Assembly (NCBI GenBank): GCA_902526595.1
Contig: CABZLO010000002.1
Location: forward strand, 19,937-83,936
Direction of reading: 5' to 3'
Length of the DNA stretch: 64,000 nucleotides
Origin: an uncultured Pelagibacteraceae bacterium
GTDB taxonomy: Bacteria > Pseudomonadota > Alphaproteobacteria > Pelagibacterales > Pelagibacteraceae
In this document: positions 18,772-29,500 of the stretch, in pieces
How the letters are laid out: every line of letters starts with the position of its first letter
How positions within the stretch are numbered: the first letter of the stretch is position 1
Position numbers and translations under genes: made by a program
Notes under the pieces: generated by a model
Told to the model about the DNA's origin: nothing
Seen by the model: only the letters and a program-made list of their open reading frames with translations
The model's database searches: none

Positions 18772-19837
18772 AATTGAAAGACGTGATGAAACTTCAAATT
18801 TAATTTATTTTTTAACCCCTGTACTCGCAATTTTTTTGACCTTAGTAGCAGGGGCAATTATATTTTATTTACTTGGTTTCAAACCTTCAGAAGCCCTGAA
18901 ATTTTTTTTTATTACACCTATTTCAGATTTATATGGTCTAAGCGAGCTTCTTGTAAAAGCAACCCCACTTTGTCTGATAGCTATCGGTCTATCTTTTTGT
19001 TTCAAAAGTAATAATTGGAATATTGGAGCAGAAGGACAATTAACATTTGGGGGAATAGTTGGTGGGGGTGTTGCATTGTTATTTTATAATCATGAGGGTT
19101 TTTATGTTTTGCCTTTAATAATATTGGCTGGTGCAATTGGTGGAATGATATTTGCGATGATACCTGCAATTTTAAAAATTTATTTTAATACTAATGAAAT
19201 ATTGGTTAGCTTAATGCTTGTTTATGTATCTAAACTATTATTAGATTATCTTGTCGTTGGTCCATGGAGTAACCCAGAGGGTTTTAACTTTCCTGAGACA
19301 AGACAATTTAGTGACTCTGCTAGATTGCCTATTTTATTTGATGGTCTTCGAATTCATGCTGGAATTTTTATTGCTCTCGTCAGTGTTTTTTTAGCTTGGG
19401 TTGTTTTATTTAAAACCTATTTGGGTTTTCAAATTAAAGTTTCAGGATTAAGTTTAAAGACTGCCAAGTATGCAGGTTTTAAGGGTAAAACAATGATACT
19501 ACTAGTATTTATGGTTAGCGGTGCGTGTGCTGGTCTTGCAGGAGTTGGCGAAATCACCGGTCCTATTGGACAGCTACATAGAATGATTTCACCTGAATAT
19601 GGATTTACAGCGATAATTGTTGCTTTTTTAGGTCGTCTTAATCCAATCGGTATTGTATTTGCATCTTTAATTGTAGCACTGACTTACTTAGGTGCTGAAA
19701 CTGCACAAATATTTTTACAAGTACCGAAGTATACAGGACAAGTATTTCAAGGAATGATTCTATTTTTTCTCCTTGCATCTGATTTCTTACTTTTTTTTAG
19801 AATAAAATTTTTAAGATTTAAAAAATATGAATATTGA
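18764..19837 (+). CDS. Nucleoside/purine ABC transporter permease
   Basis: WNIGAEGQ, GFTAIIVAFLGRLNP; multi-TM. Confidence 0.9.
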   Translation: MIKIERRDETSNLIYFLTPVLAIFLTLVAGAIIFYLLGFKPSEALKFFFITPISDLYGLSELLVKATPLCLIAIGLSFCFKSNNWNIGAEGQLTFGGIVGGGVALLFYNHEGFYVLPLIILAGAIGGMIFAMIPAILKIYFNTNEILVSLMLVYVSKLLLDYLVVGPWSNPEGFNFPETRQFSDSARLPILFDGLRIHAGIFIALVSVFLAWVVLFKTYLGFQIKVSGLSLKTAKYAGFKGKTMILLVFMVSGACAGLAGVGEITGPIGQLHRMISPEYGFTAIIVAFLGRLNPIGIVFASLIVALTYLGAETAQIFLQVPKYTGQVFQGMILFFLLASDFLLFFRIKFLRFKKYEY

Positions 19838-20759
19838 TATTAATTTTCTTGGGATTCTAATTGGGGCTATTATGGCTTCCTCTGTTCCTCTGATACTTGC
19901 AGCCTCAGGAGAGCTTATAACCGAGAGATCTGGTGTATTAAATTTAGGTGTTGAAGGAATGATGATCATAGGTGCAATTTCGGGTTTTGCAATAATGGTA
20001 ATTACTGACAATTTATTTTTAGCAATAATTGGATCTATGCTTTCTGGTTTATTATTATCTTTTATATTTGGATTTCTCACTCAATCACTTTTAACAAATC
20101 ATGTAGCGACAGGACTTGCTCTTACTATTTTTGGTATTGGTTTGTCTGCAATGATTGGTAAAGATTTCGTGGGAATACCCGGAAAGGAATTTCCTTTATT
20201 GTTTGTAAATCTAAAAGAAGTAATCCCTTTGTTTGGACCTATTTTTTTTGGACATTCAATCGTTTTTTATTTTGCGTTCTTACTTCCTTTTGGAACTAAC
20301 TATTTTTTAAAGAAAACTAAAATTGGCTTGATTGTAAGAGCGGTGGGGGATTCCCCTGTATCTGCAGCTAATCAAGGTATTAACGTCTTACTAGTAAGGT
20401 ATTGTTGCATTCTTTATGGAGGAGCAATGTGTGGTTTGGGAGGGGCTTACTTATCACTTATTTACACTCCTCAGTGGATTGAAAACATGACTGCTGGTAG
20501 AGGTTGGATAGCACTAGCATTGGTAGTTTTTGCAACATGGAGCCCTCTTAAAGTTTTAGTTGGGGCAATAATATTTGGAGGTATAACTATTCTTCAACTA
20601 CATATGCAAGCTATAGGGATAAGAATTCCAGTTCAATTTTTAAGTGCATTACCATACATAATGACAATTGTTGTTTTGGTAATAATTTCTCGTGATAGTA
20701 GAAAAATAAAACTTAATACACCTACTTCGTTGGGGCAAATCTTCTATAAGGAAAAGTGA
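19827..20759 (+). CDS. Nucleoside/purine ABC transporter permease
   Basis: ERSGVLNLGVEGMM, AGRGWIALALV, ALPY. Confidence 0.9.
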   Translation: MNIDINFLGILIGAIMASSVPLILAASGELITERSGVLNLGVEGMMIIGAISGFAIMVITDNLFLAIIGSMLSGLLLSFIFGFLTQSLLTNHVATGLALTIFGIGLSAMIGKDFVGIPGKEFPLLFVNLKEVIPLFGPIFFGHSIVFYFAFLLPFGTNYFLKKTKIGLIVRAVGDSPVSAANQGINVLLVRYCCILYGGAMCGLGGAYLSLIYTPQWIENMTAGRGWIALALVVFATWSPLKVLVGAIIFGGITILQLHMQAIGIRIPVQFLSALPYIMTIVVLVIISRDSRKIKLNTPTSLGQIFYKEK

Positions 20760-20848
20760 TGTTAGCTATTCCAAAATAAATATTTTTTTTTAAAAAAATT
20801 TGTTTTAGGCTAGAGAATCATTAATTTAAAATTTAAAGGGGAAATAAA

Positions 20849-21913
20849 ATGTATAAATATTTTTTAAGATTATTAGCATCAGTGTTACTTTTACTTGGAT
20901 TTAGCATGAGCGCAAATGCTGAATTTAAAGTTGGTTTTGTTTATGTTGGTCCAACAGGAGACCATGGTTGGACATACCAACATGATGAGGGAAGAAAAGC
21001 AGTTGAAGCTGCTGGAATAAAAACTACTTATGTGGAAAGTGTTCCAGAGGGTGCTGATGCTGAGAGAGTGATTAGACAATTAGCTCAATCTGGTCATGAT
21101 CTTATTTTCACAACAAGTTTTGGATATATGGATCCAACCAATAAAGTGGCTAAAGATTTTCCAAATGTAAAATTTGAGCACGCTACAGGTTATAAAAGAG
21201 AGCACTCAAATGTCTCTACATACTCTGCGAGATTTTATGAAGGCAGAACTCTTTTAGGACATATGGCTGGAAAAATGACGAAAACAAACGTCATAGGATA
21301 TATTGCATCTTTCCCAATTCCTGAAGTTATAAGAGGGATTAATGCAATGACTTTAGCGGCTCAAAAAGTTAATCCCAATATTAAAACGAAAATTGTTTGG
21401 GTTTTTACTTGGTATGATCCAGGAAAAGAATCTGAGGCAGCACAAGCTTTAATTGATCAAGGAGCAGACATTATAATGCAACACACTGACAGTACTGCAC
21501 CAGTTCAAGTAGCGGAAAAAGCCGGTGTTTGGTCTTTTGGACAAGCTAGTGATATGCAAAGGTTTGCACCAAAATCAATTTTAACATCTATAATTGATGA
21601 TTGGGCACCATATTATGTTGAAAGATCTATTGCAGCAAGAGATGGTACATGGAGTCAACAAGATACTTGGCATGGATTAAAAGAAGGGATGGTGGCAATG
21701 GCTCCTTATAATTCTGCAATGGGAAGTGGGTTAGTTAAGGAAGTGGAAAAATTACAAAAAGATCTAGCGTCCGGTAAAGCTCATTCATTTACAGGTCCGA
21801 TATATGATCAAAAAGGCAACTTACTTGTTGCAGAAGGTAAAGTTGCAGATGATGGAATGTTGGCAGGCATGAGCGTATATGTCAAAGGAGTTGAAGGAGA
21901 TATCCCAAAATAA
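20849..21913 (+). CDS. BMP-family ABC substrate-binding protein, probably purine/nucleoside
   Basis: Signal peptide; VGFVYVGPTGDHGWTYQH, TSFGYMD, WYDPGKE, QHTDS; SD AAGGGG. Confidence 0.92.
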   Translation: MYKYFLRLLASVLLLLGFSMSANAEFKVGFVYVGPTGDHGWTYQHDEGRKAVEAAGIKTTYVESVPEGADAERVIRQLAQSGHDLIFTTSFGYMDPTNKVAKDFPNVKFEHATGYKREHSNVSTYSARFYEGRTLLGHMAGKMTKTNVIGYIASFPIPEVIRGINAMTLAAQKVNPNIKTKIVWVFTWYDPGKESEAAQALIDQGADIIMQHTDSTAPVQVAEKAGVWSFGQASDMQRFAPKSILTSIIDDWAPYYVERSIAARDGTWSQQDTWHGLKEGMVAMAPYNSAMGSGLVKEVEKLQKDLASGKAHSFTGPIYDQKGNLLVAEGKVADDGMLAGMSVYVKGVEGDIPK

Positions 21914-21924
21914 TAATTTTTATA

Positions 21925-21961
21925 AAAAATAAAAGGTCAGTTCTAACTGGCCTTTTATTTT
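21925..21961. terminator. Bidirectional intrinsic terminator overlapping the phosphoribosyltransferase stop codon
   Basis: AAAATAAAAGGTCAGTT-CT-AACTGGCCTTTTATTTT between convergent genes. Confidence 0.85.
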
Positions 21962-22479
21962 AGATGTTTTTTATTTAATCCATCAATATCAACTTCATCA
22001 TAATACTCATAAGGTTGAACAATCCATGGATCGCCATCTAATAATACTGGACAATAATCTGGTTTGAAAATTGATGATTTTTTCTTCCACAAACATGCTG
22101 TCCTAATTTCTTCTATATGACTTTTAATAGGCTCATATTGTTTAAGCCAATCAATACTTTTATTTAATGTTAAGCCTGTATCAGATAAATCATCAACTAA
22201 TAATATATTTTTGAAATCTTCATTTTTTGCAATTGCACTCATGTCTCTTGCAAAAATTAATTCTCCTTGTTGATCTTCAACGGTTTCTCCAGAATAGCTC
22301 TGTATTACAACATAGGCTGTGGGAACTTTAAAAATTCGAGATAAAATATCAATTATTGGTGCAGCACCCCTCATAATACCTACAAGCACAGATGGCGTAT
22401 AGTTTTGATGTATTTGTAGTGCTAATTTTTCAACAGTACTTGTATACTCTTCAAAAGAAATAATTAATTTATCAGCCAT
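21955..22479 (-). CDS. Type I phosphoribosyltransferase (xanthine/hypoxanthine-guanine PRT-like)
   Basis: GIMRG, SY flexible loop, PRPP motif ILLVDDLSDTGLTL, WIVQPY. Start MADK at 22479. Confidence 0.88.
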   Translation of the reverse strand: MADKLIISFEEYTSTVEKLALQIHQNYTPSVLVGIMRGAAPIIDILSRIFKVPTAYVVIQSYSGETVEDQQGELIFARDMSAIAKNEDFKNILLVDDLSDTGLTLNKSIDWLKQYEPIKSHIEEIRTACLWKKKSSIFKPDYCPVLLDGDPWIVQPYEYYDEVDIDGLNKKHLK

Positions 22480-22518
22480 GAAATTTATTATCATAACTAA
22501 AATTATTTAAAAGGAGAA

Positions 22519-22818
22519 ATGATGAAAGCCTACTGGATAAGTGTTTATAAAAAAGTTGAAAACCAAGAAAATTTAAAAAAATATGCTGAGGTAGTAACTC
22601 CAATAATAAAAAGCTTTGGCGGAATTCCCTTAGTAAGAGGTGGAAAACACATAACATATGATGGGGATGATTTTTTTAGAACCGTTATTTGGGAATTTCC
22701 AAGTTATGATAAGGCTGTAGAATGTCATAATTCAAAAGAATATTTAGATGGTTGGAATATTGCAAAAAGTACAACCTATAGACATATGCAAATAGTGGAA
22801 GGATTTAGTATTGAATAG
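22519..22818 (+). CDS. DUF1330 domain protein
   Basis: KAYWI, FGG..LVRGG, EFPSYDKA..CHNS.EY, IVEG; SD AAGGAG. Confidence 0.88.
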   Translation: MMKAYWISVYKKVENQENLKKYAEVVTPIIKSFGGIPLVRGGKHITYDGDDFFRTVIWEFPSYDKAVECHNSKEYLDGWNIAKSTTYRHMQIVEGFSIE

Positions 22819-23440
22819 GCTCCGGATCTATACTTCTCCATAAATACCAAGTTGCAACTGAGCAATAAGGTGAGAATTTTTTATTCAATAATTTAACAAA
22901 ATTTTCTGGTGGTAAATATTTTTTATTATAGTTTTTTGAAATTGCTCTCAATAGACCAATATCTTGAATTGGCCAAATATTAGGTCGATTATATGTAAAT
23001 AATAAGATCATCTCTGCGGACCATCTTCCAATTTGTCTCAATTCAGATAAATAAATTATCGCCTCCTCATCAGACATTTTAGGAATAAGTTTTGGATTAA
23101 ATTTTTTATTAATCACTTGTTTAGCTAAACTTTTTATACCTTTTACCTTTTGCCTACTTAGACCACAGCTTTTAAGTTGAGAGGTTGTTAACTTATTTAC
23201 TGTCTTGGCCGTAATTTTATTTTTACATTTTTTTTTAAATTTTAAAAAAACTGCATTAGCAGCAGCAACGCTAATTTGTTGGCCAATAATGCTTTTACAT
23301 AATGAGAAAAAGACATCCTTTCTGGAGGTTAAGATCGTCTCTGAAGGGGACTTGTACTTTTTTATCAAAGCAAACATTGTTTTATCCTTCCTGGATAAAT
23401 ATTTTTTTGCTGTGTTCCAGTATCTTGGAGAATTACTCAT
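22805..23440 (-). CDS. alkA: DNA-3-methyladenine glycosylase II (AlkA/HhH-GPD)
   Basis: SIIGQQISVAAA, GLSRQK, IGRWSAEM, WPIQDIG, PYCSVATWYLW. Confidence 0.88.
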   Translation of the reverse strand: MSNSPRYWNTAKKYLSRKDKTMFALIKKYKSPSETILTSRKDVFFSLCKSIIGQQISVAAANAVFLKFKKKCKNKITAKTVNKLTTSQLKSCGLSRQKVKGIKSLAKQVINKKFNPKLIPKMSDEEAIIYLSELRQIGRWSAEMILLFTYNRPNIWPIQDIGLLRAISKNYNKKYLPPENFVKLLNKKFSPYCSVATWYLWRSIDPEPIQY

Positions 23441-24314
23441 GTCGTGTAACTGACAGTCGATTCTTTAGAATCATTTCTCTTCTAAAAATAATAAATGAAG
23501 ATAATATTACTAATAAAGCTCCCATTAATGTTTTCATTGTTGGAACTTCACTCCAAATAAAATATCCAAATATTATAGCGAATACCAAAGCTAAATATTT
23601 TAGAGGGGTGACTAAACTTACTTCAGAATATTTATAAGATTGAGACAACCATAAATTTGCAAGACCACCTAAAATTCCTACCATAGACAATAAAAATAAA
23701 TCAAAAAAATTAGGCATAACCCAGCCCTGAAACAAAGACAAAAGACCCAAAATTGCTATTGAAAAAGAAAAGAAAAAACTTATCAGCCATACTGGCTCTG
23801 TTGTGGATAATTTTCTGATTGCTATAGCAACATATGATAGGCCAAGACAAAAAATTATTGGATATATGTAGTAGAAATTTAAAGAACTAAAGCCTGGCTC
23901 AGTAATCACAATTATTCCTACAAAACCTACAAATACAGCTAACCATCTATATAAACCAACTTTTTCTTTCAATAAAAATATCGAGAAAATTGTTGTAAAT
24001 ATTGGTGCTGCAAATGTAATGCTTACTACTGTTGCTAATGGTAAATTTCTTAAGGCAATAAAAATTGCAACTAAAGCAATTAAGCCTGATAAACATCTCT
24101 TAAAATGAAGGAGAGGCCTTGTTGTTTTATAAAAATCTAAAAACCTGTCTCTAGGAATAAGAAACAAAATTGGAATTATTCCACAAAAACCCCTGAAAAA
24201 TAAAACCTGTCCGACAGGATATGCATCTGACCACTTTACTAATACGTCCATTAGTGAAAAGGCACATACAGAGATGAACATGTAGAAAAAGCCTAATTGA
24301 TTTTTTGACAACAT
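23433..24314 (-). CDS. DMT/EamA-family transporter
   Basis: About 10 TM, FAAPIF, LKEKVG..RW, GIIVITEPG, EVP. Confidence 0.9.
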   Translation of the reverse strand: MLSKNQLGFFYMFISVCAFSLMDVLVKWSDAYPVGQVLFFRGFCGIIPILFLIPRDRFLDFYKTTRPLLHFKRCLSGLIALVAIFIALRNLPLATVVSITFAAPIFTTIFSIFLLKEKVGLYRWLAVFVGFVGIIVITEPGFSSLNFYYIYPIIFCLGLSYVAIAIRKLSTTEPVWLISFFFSFSIAILGLLSLFQGWVMPNFFDLFLLSMVGILGGLANLWLSQSYKYSEVSLVTPLKYLALVFAIIFGYFIWSEVPTMKTLMGALLVILSSFIIFRREMILKNRLSVTRHE

Positions 24315-24347
24315 AGGTTAACTTTAAATCAATTGGATTAATTATCA

Positions 24348-24791
24348 ATGGAAATAGCAATTTTAGGATTAGGATGTTTTTGGGGACCAGAAATTAAGTT
24401 TAGTAAACTTGATGGAGTTATTAAAACTGAAGTTGGATATTGTGGTGGTCATAATGCGGAAACAAATTACAAAGAAGTATGTACGGGTTCAACAAATCAT
24501 GCGGAGGTGGTTAAATTAGATTTCGATCCAAAAATAATATCTTATCAAAAAATTCTTGAATTTTTTTTTGAAATTCATGACCCAACGACACTTAATTCTC
24601 AAGGACCAGATTTTGGGACACAATATAGAAGTGAAATTTTTTATTTAAACGATAATCAAAAAATAACTGCAGAAAATATTATAAATAAAGTAAACGAAAG
24701 ACTATCTGGAAAAGTTGTAACTAAATTATCACAAGTTAAAAACTATTGTACAGCTGAAGAATACCACCAAAGATATTTAGAAAAAAGATAG
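24348..24791 (+). CDS. msrA: Peptide-methionine (S)-S-oxide reductase MsrA, minimal form
   Basis: GCFWG, HAEVV, HDPT, GTQYRS, AEEYHQ. Confidence 0.96.
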   Translation: MEIAILGLGCFWGPEIKFSKLDGVIKTEVGYCGGHNAETNYKEVCTGSTNHAEVVKLDFDPKIISYQKILEFFFEIHDPTTLNSQGPDFGTQYRSEIFYLNDNQKITAENIINKVNERLSGKVVTKLSQVKNYCTAEEYHQRYLEKR

Positions 24792-24792
24792 G

Positions 24793-25605
24793 ATGTCTTT
24801 AGTGGATACAGATTGGTTAGAAAAAAATGTTAACCAAGTAAAAGTTATTGATTGTTCTTGGCATATGCCAGCAGAAAATAGAAATGCGGAGGAAGAATTC
24901 AATAATGAACATATTCCAAACGCAATTTTTTTTGACTTAGACAAAAATTCAAAAAACAATACAGATCTTCCACACATGCTTCCAAGCTTAGACGATTGGA
25001 ATAAAATAGTTTCAAACTTAGGAATTTCGAAAGATGATCAAATAATTGTTTATGATAACTCTAATGTAATAAGTTCTTGTAGATGTTGGTATAACTTTAT
25101 TTATTTTGGACATGATCCTAAGCTTGTTAGTGTGCTAGATGGTGGGTTAAGAAAATGGAAGCAAGAAAACAAAAAGATATCCAAGAAAGTAATTAAATTT
25201 ACTAAAACAAATTATGAAGGCAAAGAATTAATTTCATTAGTAAAAGATAAAAATAATATTGATTTAAATATTTCAGAAAAAGATTTTGTTGTTGTTGATG
25301 CAAGAAGTAAGGAAAGATTTGAGGGAAAAGTGCCAGATCCAAGAAAAAATGTTAGAAGTGGATCTATTCCTAATTCTATTTGTTTGCCTTTTGTAGAAGT
25401 TATAAACAAAGATTTTTCATTTAAAAATGAAGAAGAGTTAAAAAGTTTATTTAATAATACACTTAAAAATACAATAGATAATCCAGTCTTTTCATGTGGG
25501 TCTGGTGTTACTGCTTGTGTTTTAGCCCTTGCATATTCTTTGGTTAACGCTAATTATCTGCCTGTCATATATGATGGTTCGTGGGCTGAGTATGGCAAAA
25601 TCTAA
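24793..25605 (+). CDS. sseA: 3-mercaptopyruvate/thiosulfate sulfurtransferase (tandem rhodanese)
   Basis: HIPNAIFFD, VVDARS, active loop SCGSGVTA, YDGSWAEY. Confidence 0.92.
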   Translation: MSLVDTDWLEKNVNQVKVIDCSWHMPAENRNAEEEFNNEHIPNAIFFDLDKNSKNNTDLPHMLPSLDDWNKIVSNLGISKDDQIIVYDNSNVISSCRCWYNFIYFGHDPKLVSVLDGGLRKWKQENKKISKKVIKFTKTNYEGKELISLVKDKNNIDLNISEKDFVVVDARSKERFEGKVPDPRKNVRSGSIPNSICLPFVEVINKDFSFKNEEELKSLFNNTLKNTIDNPVFSCGSGVTACVLALAYSLVNANYLPVIYDGSWAEYGKI

Positions 25606-25608
25606 GCT

Positions 25609-26535
25609 ATGAAAAGATCAACAAAAATAACAAGTATAGTAATTATATTTTTTCTAATCATCGCAACAGTGATTGTTGGAAGAACTATGATTGGAAATCA
25701 TTTTAAAAAAAAATTTAGTAAAAGGCCTCCACCAGGGATAATTGTAACAGCTGCAAAAGAGAGGATTTTTGAGAACATTATAAGCACTTATGGAACAGCA
25801 GCTCCAGTGCGGACTCAATCATTTAAAGTTGAAAAGTATGAAATTCTTAAACCTATCAAGTATAATCAAAAAGTTAGAAGAGGTGATGTTATCGCTGATC
25901 TTAAAAATAGAAAAATTTTAGCACAATTTGATGGAATAATTGGAAAGAGAGAATTTTCTGAAGATTTAGAAGTTTCGAAATCGTCCATACTTATAAATCT
26001 AGAGGATACTAGTTCGATTTATTGTGATGTAGATATACCAGAAATATTTGTCCCTTTTATAAAAGTTGGTTTACCTGTAGACATAAAATTTTCTGGATAC
26101 AAAGGTAAGACATACAAAGGCAGTGTTGATTCATTTGCAAGTAGAATAAGCGAAGAGACAAGATCTTTGGCGACTAGAATTAAAATGGATAATGTTTCAG
26201 GTGAAATACTTCCAGGTTCATTTTTAGAAATATCAATTAAATATGATGTTAGAGAAAGTTTAAGTATTCCAGATACAAGTACAATTGTTGAAGGCGAAAA
26301 TGTCTTCATTTATAAAGTCAATGATAAAAATAAAGCATTGAAAACAAAAATTACTACCGGTGATCGGTACATAGGCTTTGTAGAAGTTTTAAATGGTCTA
26401 AGTAGCGGTGATAAAATTGTTGCTGAAGGTACAAAGAAAGTAAGACCAAATCTAACCATCAGGCCAATTGAAAAAGGTTCCAAAGAAAAAAAAGAAAATT
26501 CTGATTGGAGTAAAAAAGATAAAACTAAAAATTAA
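25609..26535 (+). CDS. RND efflux periplasmic adaptor (MFP) lacking the alpha-helical hairpin
   Basis: N-terminal TM anchor; lipoyl halves QKVRRGDVIADL and ILAQFDGIIG directly joined; TRSL, LPGSF, GLSSGDKIVAEG. Confidence 0.9.
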   Translation: MKRSTKITSIVIIFFLIIATVIVGRTMIGNHFKKKFSKRPPPGIIVTAAKERIFENIISTYGTAAPVRTQSFKVEKYEILKPIKYNQKVRRGDVIADLKNRKILAQFDGIIGKREFSEDLEVSKSSILINLEDTSSIYCDVDIPEIFVPFIKVGLPVDIKFSGYKGKTYKGSVDSFASRISEETRSLATRIKMDNVSGEILPGSFLEISIKYDVRESLSIPDTSTIVEGENVFIYKVNDKNKALKTKITTGDRYIGFVEVLNGLSSGDKIVAEGTKKVRPNLTIRPIEKGSKEKKENSDWSKKDKTKN

Positions 26536-29500
26536 ATGTTTATAACTGAAGTAAGTATAAAAAGACCTGTTGTTGCTTGGGTAATGTCATTGATATTAAT
26601 TATTTTTGGTATCTTTGTTTTTGCAGAATTGCCAGTAAGGGAATTACCAGATGGTATACAACCACCAATTGTTCAAGTACAAACAGAATATAAGTCAGCC
26701 TCAGCAGAAATAGTTGATGAAGAAATAACTCAAAAAATTGAGGATGTCATTGGCGGAGCTGAAGGAATTAAAAATATAGATTCAAGTTCTCTAAGTGGAA
26801 GAAGTAGAATAAATATTCAATTTAATACAGACATAGATTTAGATGATGCAGCAAATGATATTCGAGAGAGAGTATCGAGAGTAGTCGATAATCTGCCAAG
26901 TGAATCTAGTCCTCCTCAAATATTAAAACAGGCAGCTGGATTTACAACTACAATGTGGGTAGGCCTATCCTCTCCAACCTGGAGTGACCTAGAACTTGGA
27001 GATTATGCAGAAAGATATCTTATCGACGCTTTTTCGAGTGTACCTAACGTTGGGAGAATAAGAGTTGGTGGATTAAGAGAGTTAAGTGTTAGAGTTTGGA
27101 TAGATCCAATTAAATTAGCTGCAAATAACCTTACTATTCAAGAGGTTGAAAGAGCATTTAGGAATGAAAACATTAATCTTCCAGCGGGTACCTTGGAAGC
27201 AAGCAATAAAGATCTTACTCTTAACATTGATAAATCTTACTCTAATATTGATAGCATCAAACAATTACCGTTAAAAAAAGATAAAAATAAAGTTATTATT
27301 TTATCAGATGTTGCAAATGTTGAATTAGGTCCAGTATCAGAAAAAACATTATTTAAAGCTCAGAGAAAAAATGCAGTTAATTTAAAAACTGTAGGGATTG
27401 GAATTTATGCTAAGAGTGGCGCTTCTACTGTTGAACTTTCAAATCAGATTAAAGCAAAAATAAACGAATTAAATAAATCTTTACCAGATGGACTAAAATT
27501 GGAGGTTGCTTTTAATAGAGCTACATATGTTGGTGCAGCGATTGAAGAAGTTTATAAGAGTTTGATTATTGCATTTATTTTAGTTGTTTTAATTATCTAT
27601 TTATTTCTTGGCAACCTCAAAGCTGTAATAGTTCCAGCGATTGCATTACCAGTTAGTTTAATAGGATCGTTTTTAGGTTTATACTTATTTGACCTTTCAA
27701 TTAATATTTTTGTATTATTAAGTTTTATTTTAGCCATAGGTATAATAACGGATGACTCTGTTATAATGACTGATGCCATTTATACTAGAATTGAAAATGG
27801 CGAAACTCCACTTGTTGCTGCATATAAGGGATCGAAACAAATTACTTTTGCGATAATTGCAACAACTTTAATTTTAGTTGCGGTTTTTTTACCTCTAATT
27901 TTTATAAAAGGTATTTCTGGAACTTTATTCAAAGAAACTGCAATCGCTCTGTCTTTTTCTATAGTGGTTTCTTCTTTTGTTGCATTAACGTTATCCCCAA
28001 TGCTTGGTAGTAAATTTTTAAATAAAAAAGAAAAAATAAATTTTTTTGTTAAAAAATTTAATAATGGATTTAAATCTTTTACTGGTTTTTATATTGATAC
28101 TTTAAAATATTGGATAAATAGACAGAAAACTATTTCTGCATTTATAATTTTAATAATTGTAGCTTCAATATTTTTATTTGATTTTTCTAAAAAAGAATTA
28201 ATTCCAACTGAGGACAGGGGTGTTTATTTAATAATTGGGTCTACTGATGAAGGCAGCTCATTTGAGTATACCCAAGAAAAAGCTCAAATTATTGAGAACA
28301 GAATAATTAAATTATTACAAGCTAAAGATAGTCCATACGAGAGAGTTATTATGAGAGTTCCAGGATTTGGTAAGTCTGCAACAACTTACAATACATTTAT
28401 AATTATTGCGTTATTAGATGAATGGAAATATAGAGATAAAAGTAGTCAGACAGTATTGAGAGAAGCTATTGGACAAGTTGTTTCTGTTCCCGAAACTTTT
28501 GCTTTCCCAATATCTCCTCAGGCAATCAGAGTTTCGAGCTATAACAAGCCAGTTCAAATGGTAATATATGGATCAAGCTATGAAGAGCTTGAAGAAATAC
28601 AAAAAAATGTTTTGCGTGAGTTAAGAAAAAATAGAAATATGTCTCGAATTGAGAGTGATTACACAAAAAATAAACCTGAAGTTAAATTAATAACTAACAA
28701 AAATAGAGCTAACGATTTAGGGGTATCTACAGAAAATATAGGAAGAACTTTGGAAACACTTTATGGAGGCAAAAGGGTTACTACTTTTAGTAAGGAAGGA
28801 AGAGAATATCCAATTATTTTGCAACAATACCTTGCAGATAGACGTGATAAAGATGGTTTGTCAAAAATCTTTGTTAGATCAGAGACTACTGGAAAACTTG
28901 TATCAGTTGCAAGTTTGGTAGAATTCAAAGAAAAAGGTACAGCTGAAGTGCTTCCCAGATATAATCGTCAAAGAGCAGTTACAATTTCTGCAGCACTTTC
29001 AGAAGAGTATACATTATCAGAGGCCATAAATTATTTAGAGAAAGTCATGATAAAAGTTGCACCTGAAAATCAAATTACTTGGAAAGGAAAGTCTGAAGAA
29101 TTAAAAGAGACAACTAATGAAATATATTTAATCTTTGCTTTAGCATTAATCACAGCATATTTAGTTATGGCAGCAACTTTTAATTCTTTCGTTCATCCCT
29201 TTATAATTATTTTAACAGTTCCACTCGCAGTCTTTGGTGGACTAGTTTTTATTTTATTTTTAAATAGTTCAATAAATATTTTTTCTCAGATTGCATTAAT
29301 AATACTGATCGGTATCTCAACAAAGAATAGTATTTTAATAGTCGACTATATAAATCAGATAAGAACAACAGGTGTTAAACTGCAAGATGCAATCCTTAAA
29401 GCATGTCAACTGAGAATTAGACCAATTATCATGACCTCATTAAGTACAATGATTGCTATGTTACCATTAGTAATTGGAAATATTGGGCCAGGTGCGGGAG

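Noticed and set aside
20760-20848. Long AT-only inverted repeat before the BMP gene as a possible purine riboswitch or sRNA
   Set aside because: It lacks the conserved purine-riboswitch core and can arise from adjacent A and T tracts; at most an mRNA-stabilising hairpin.
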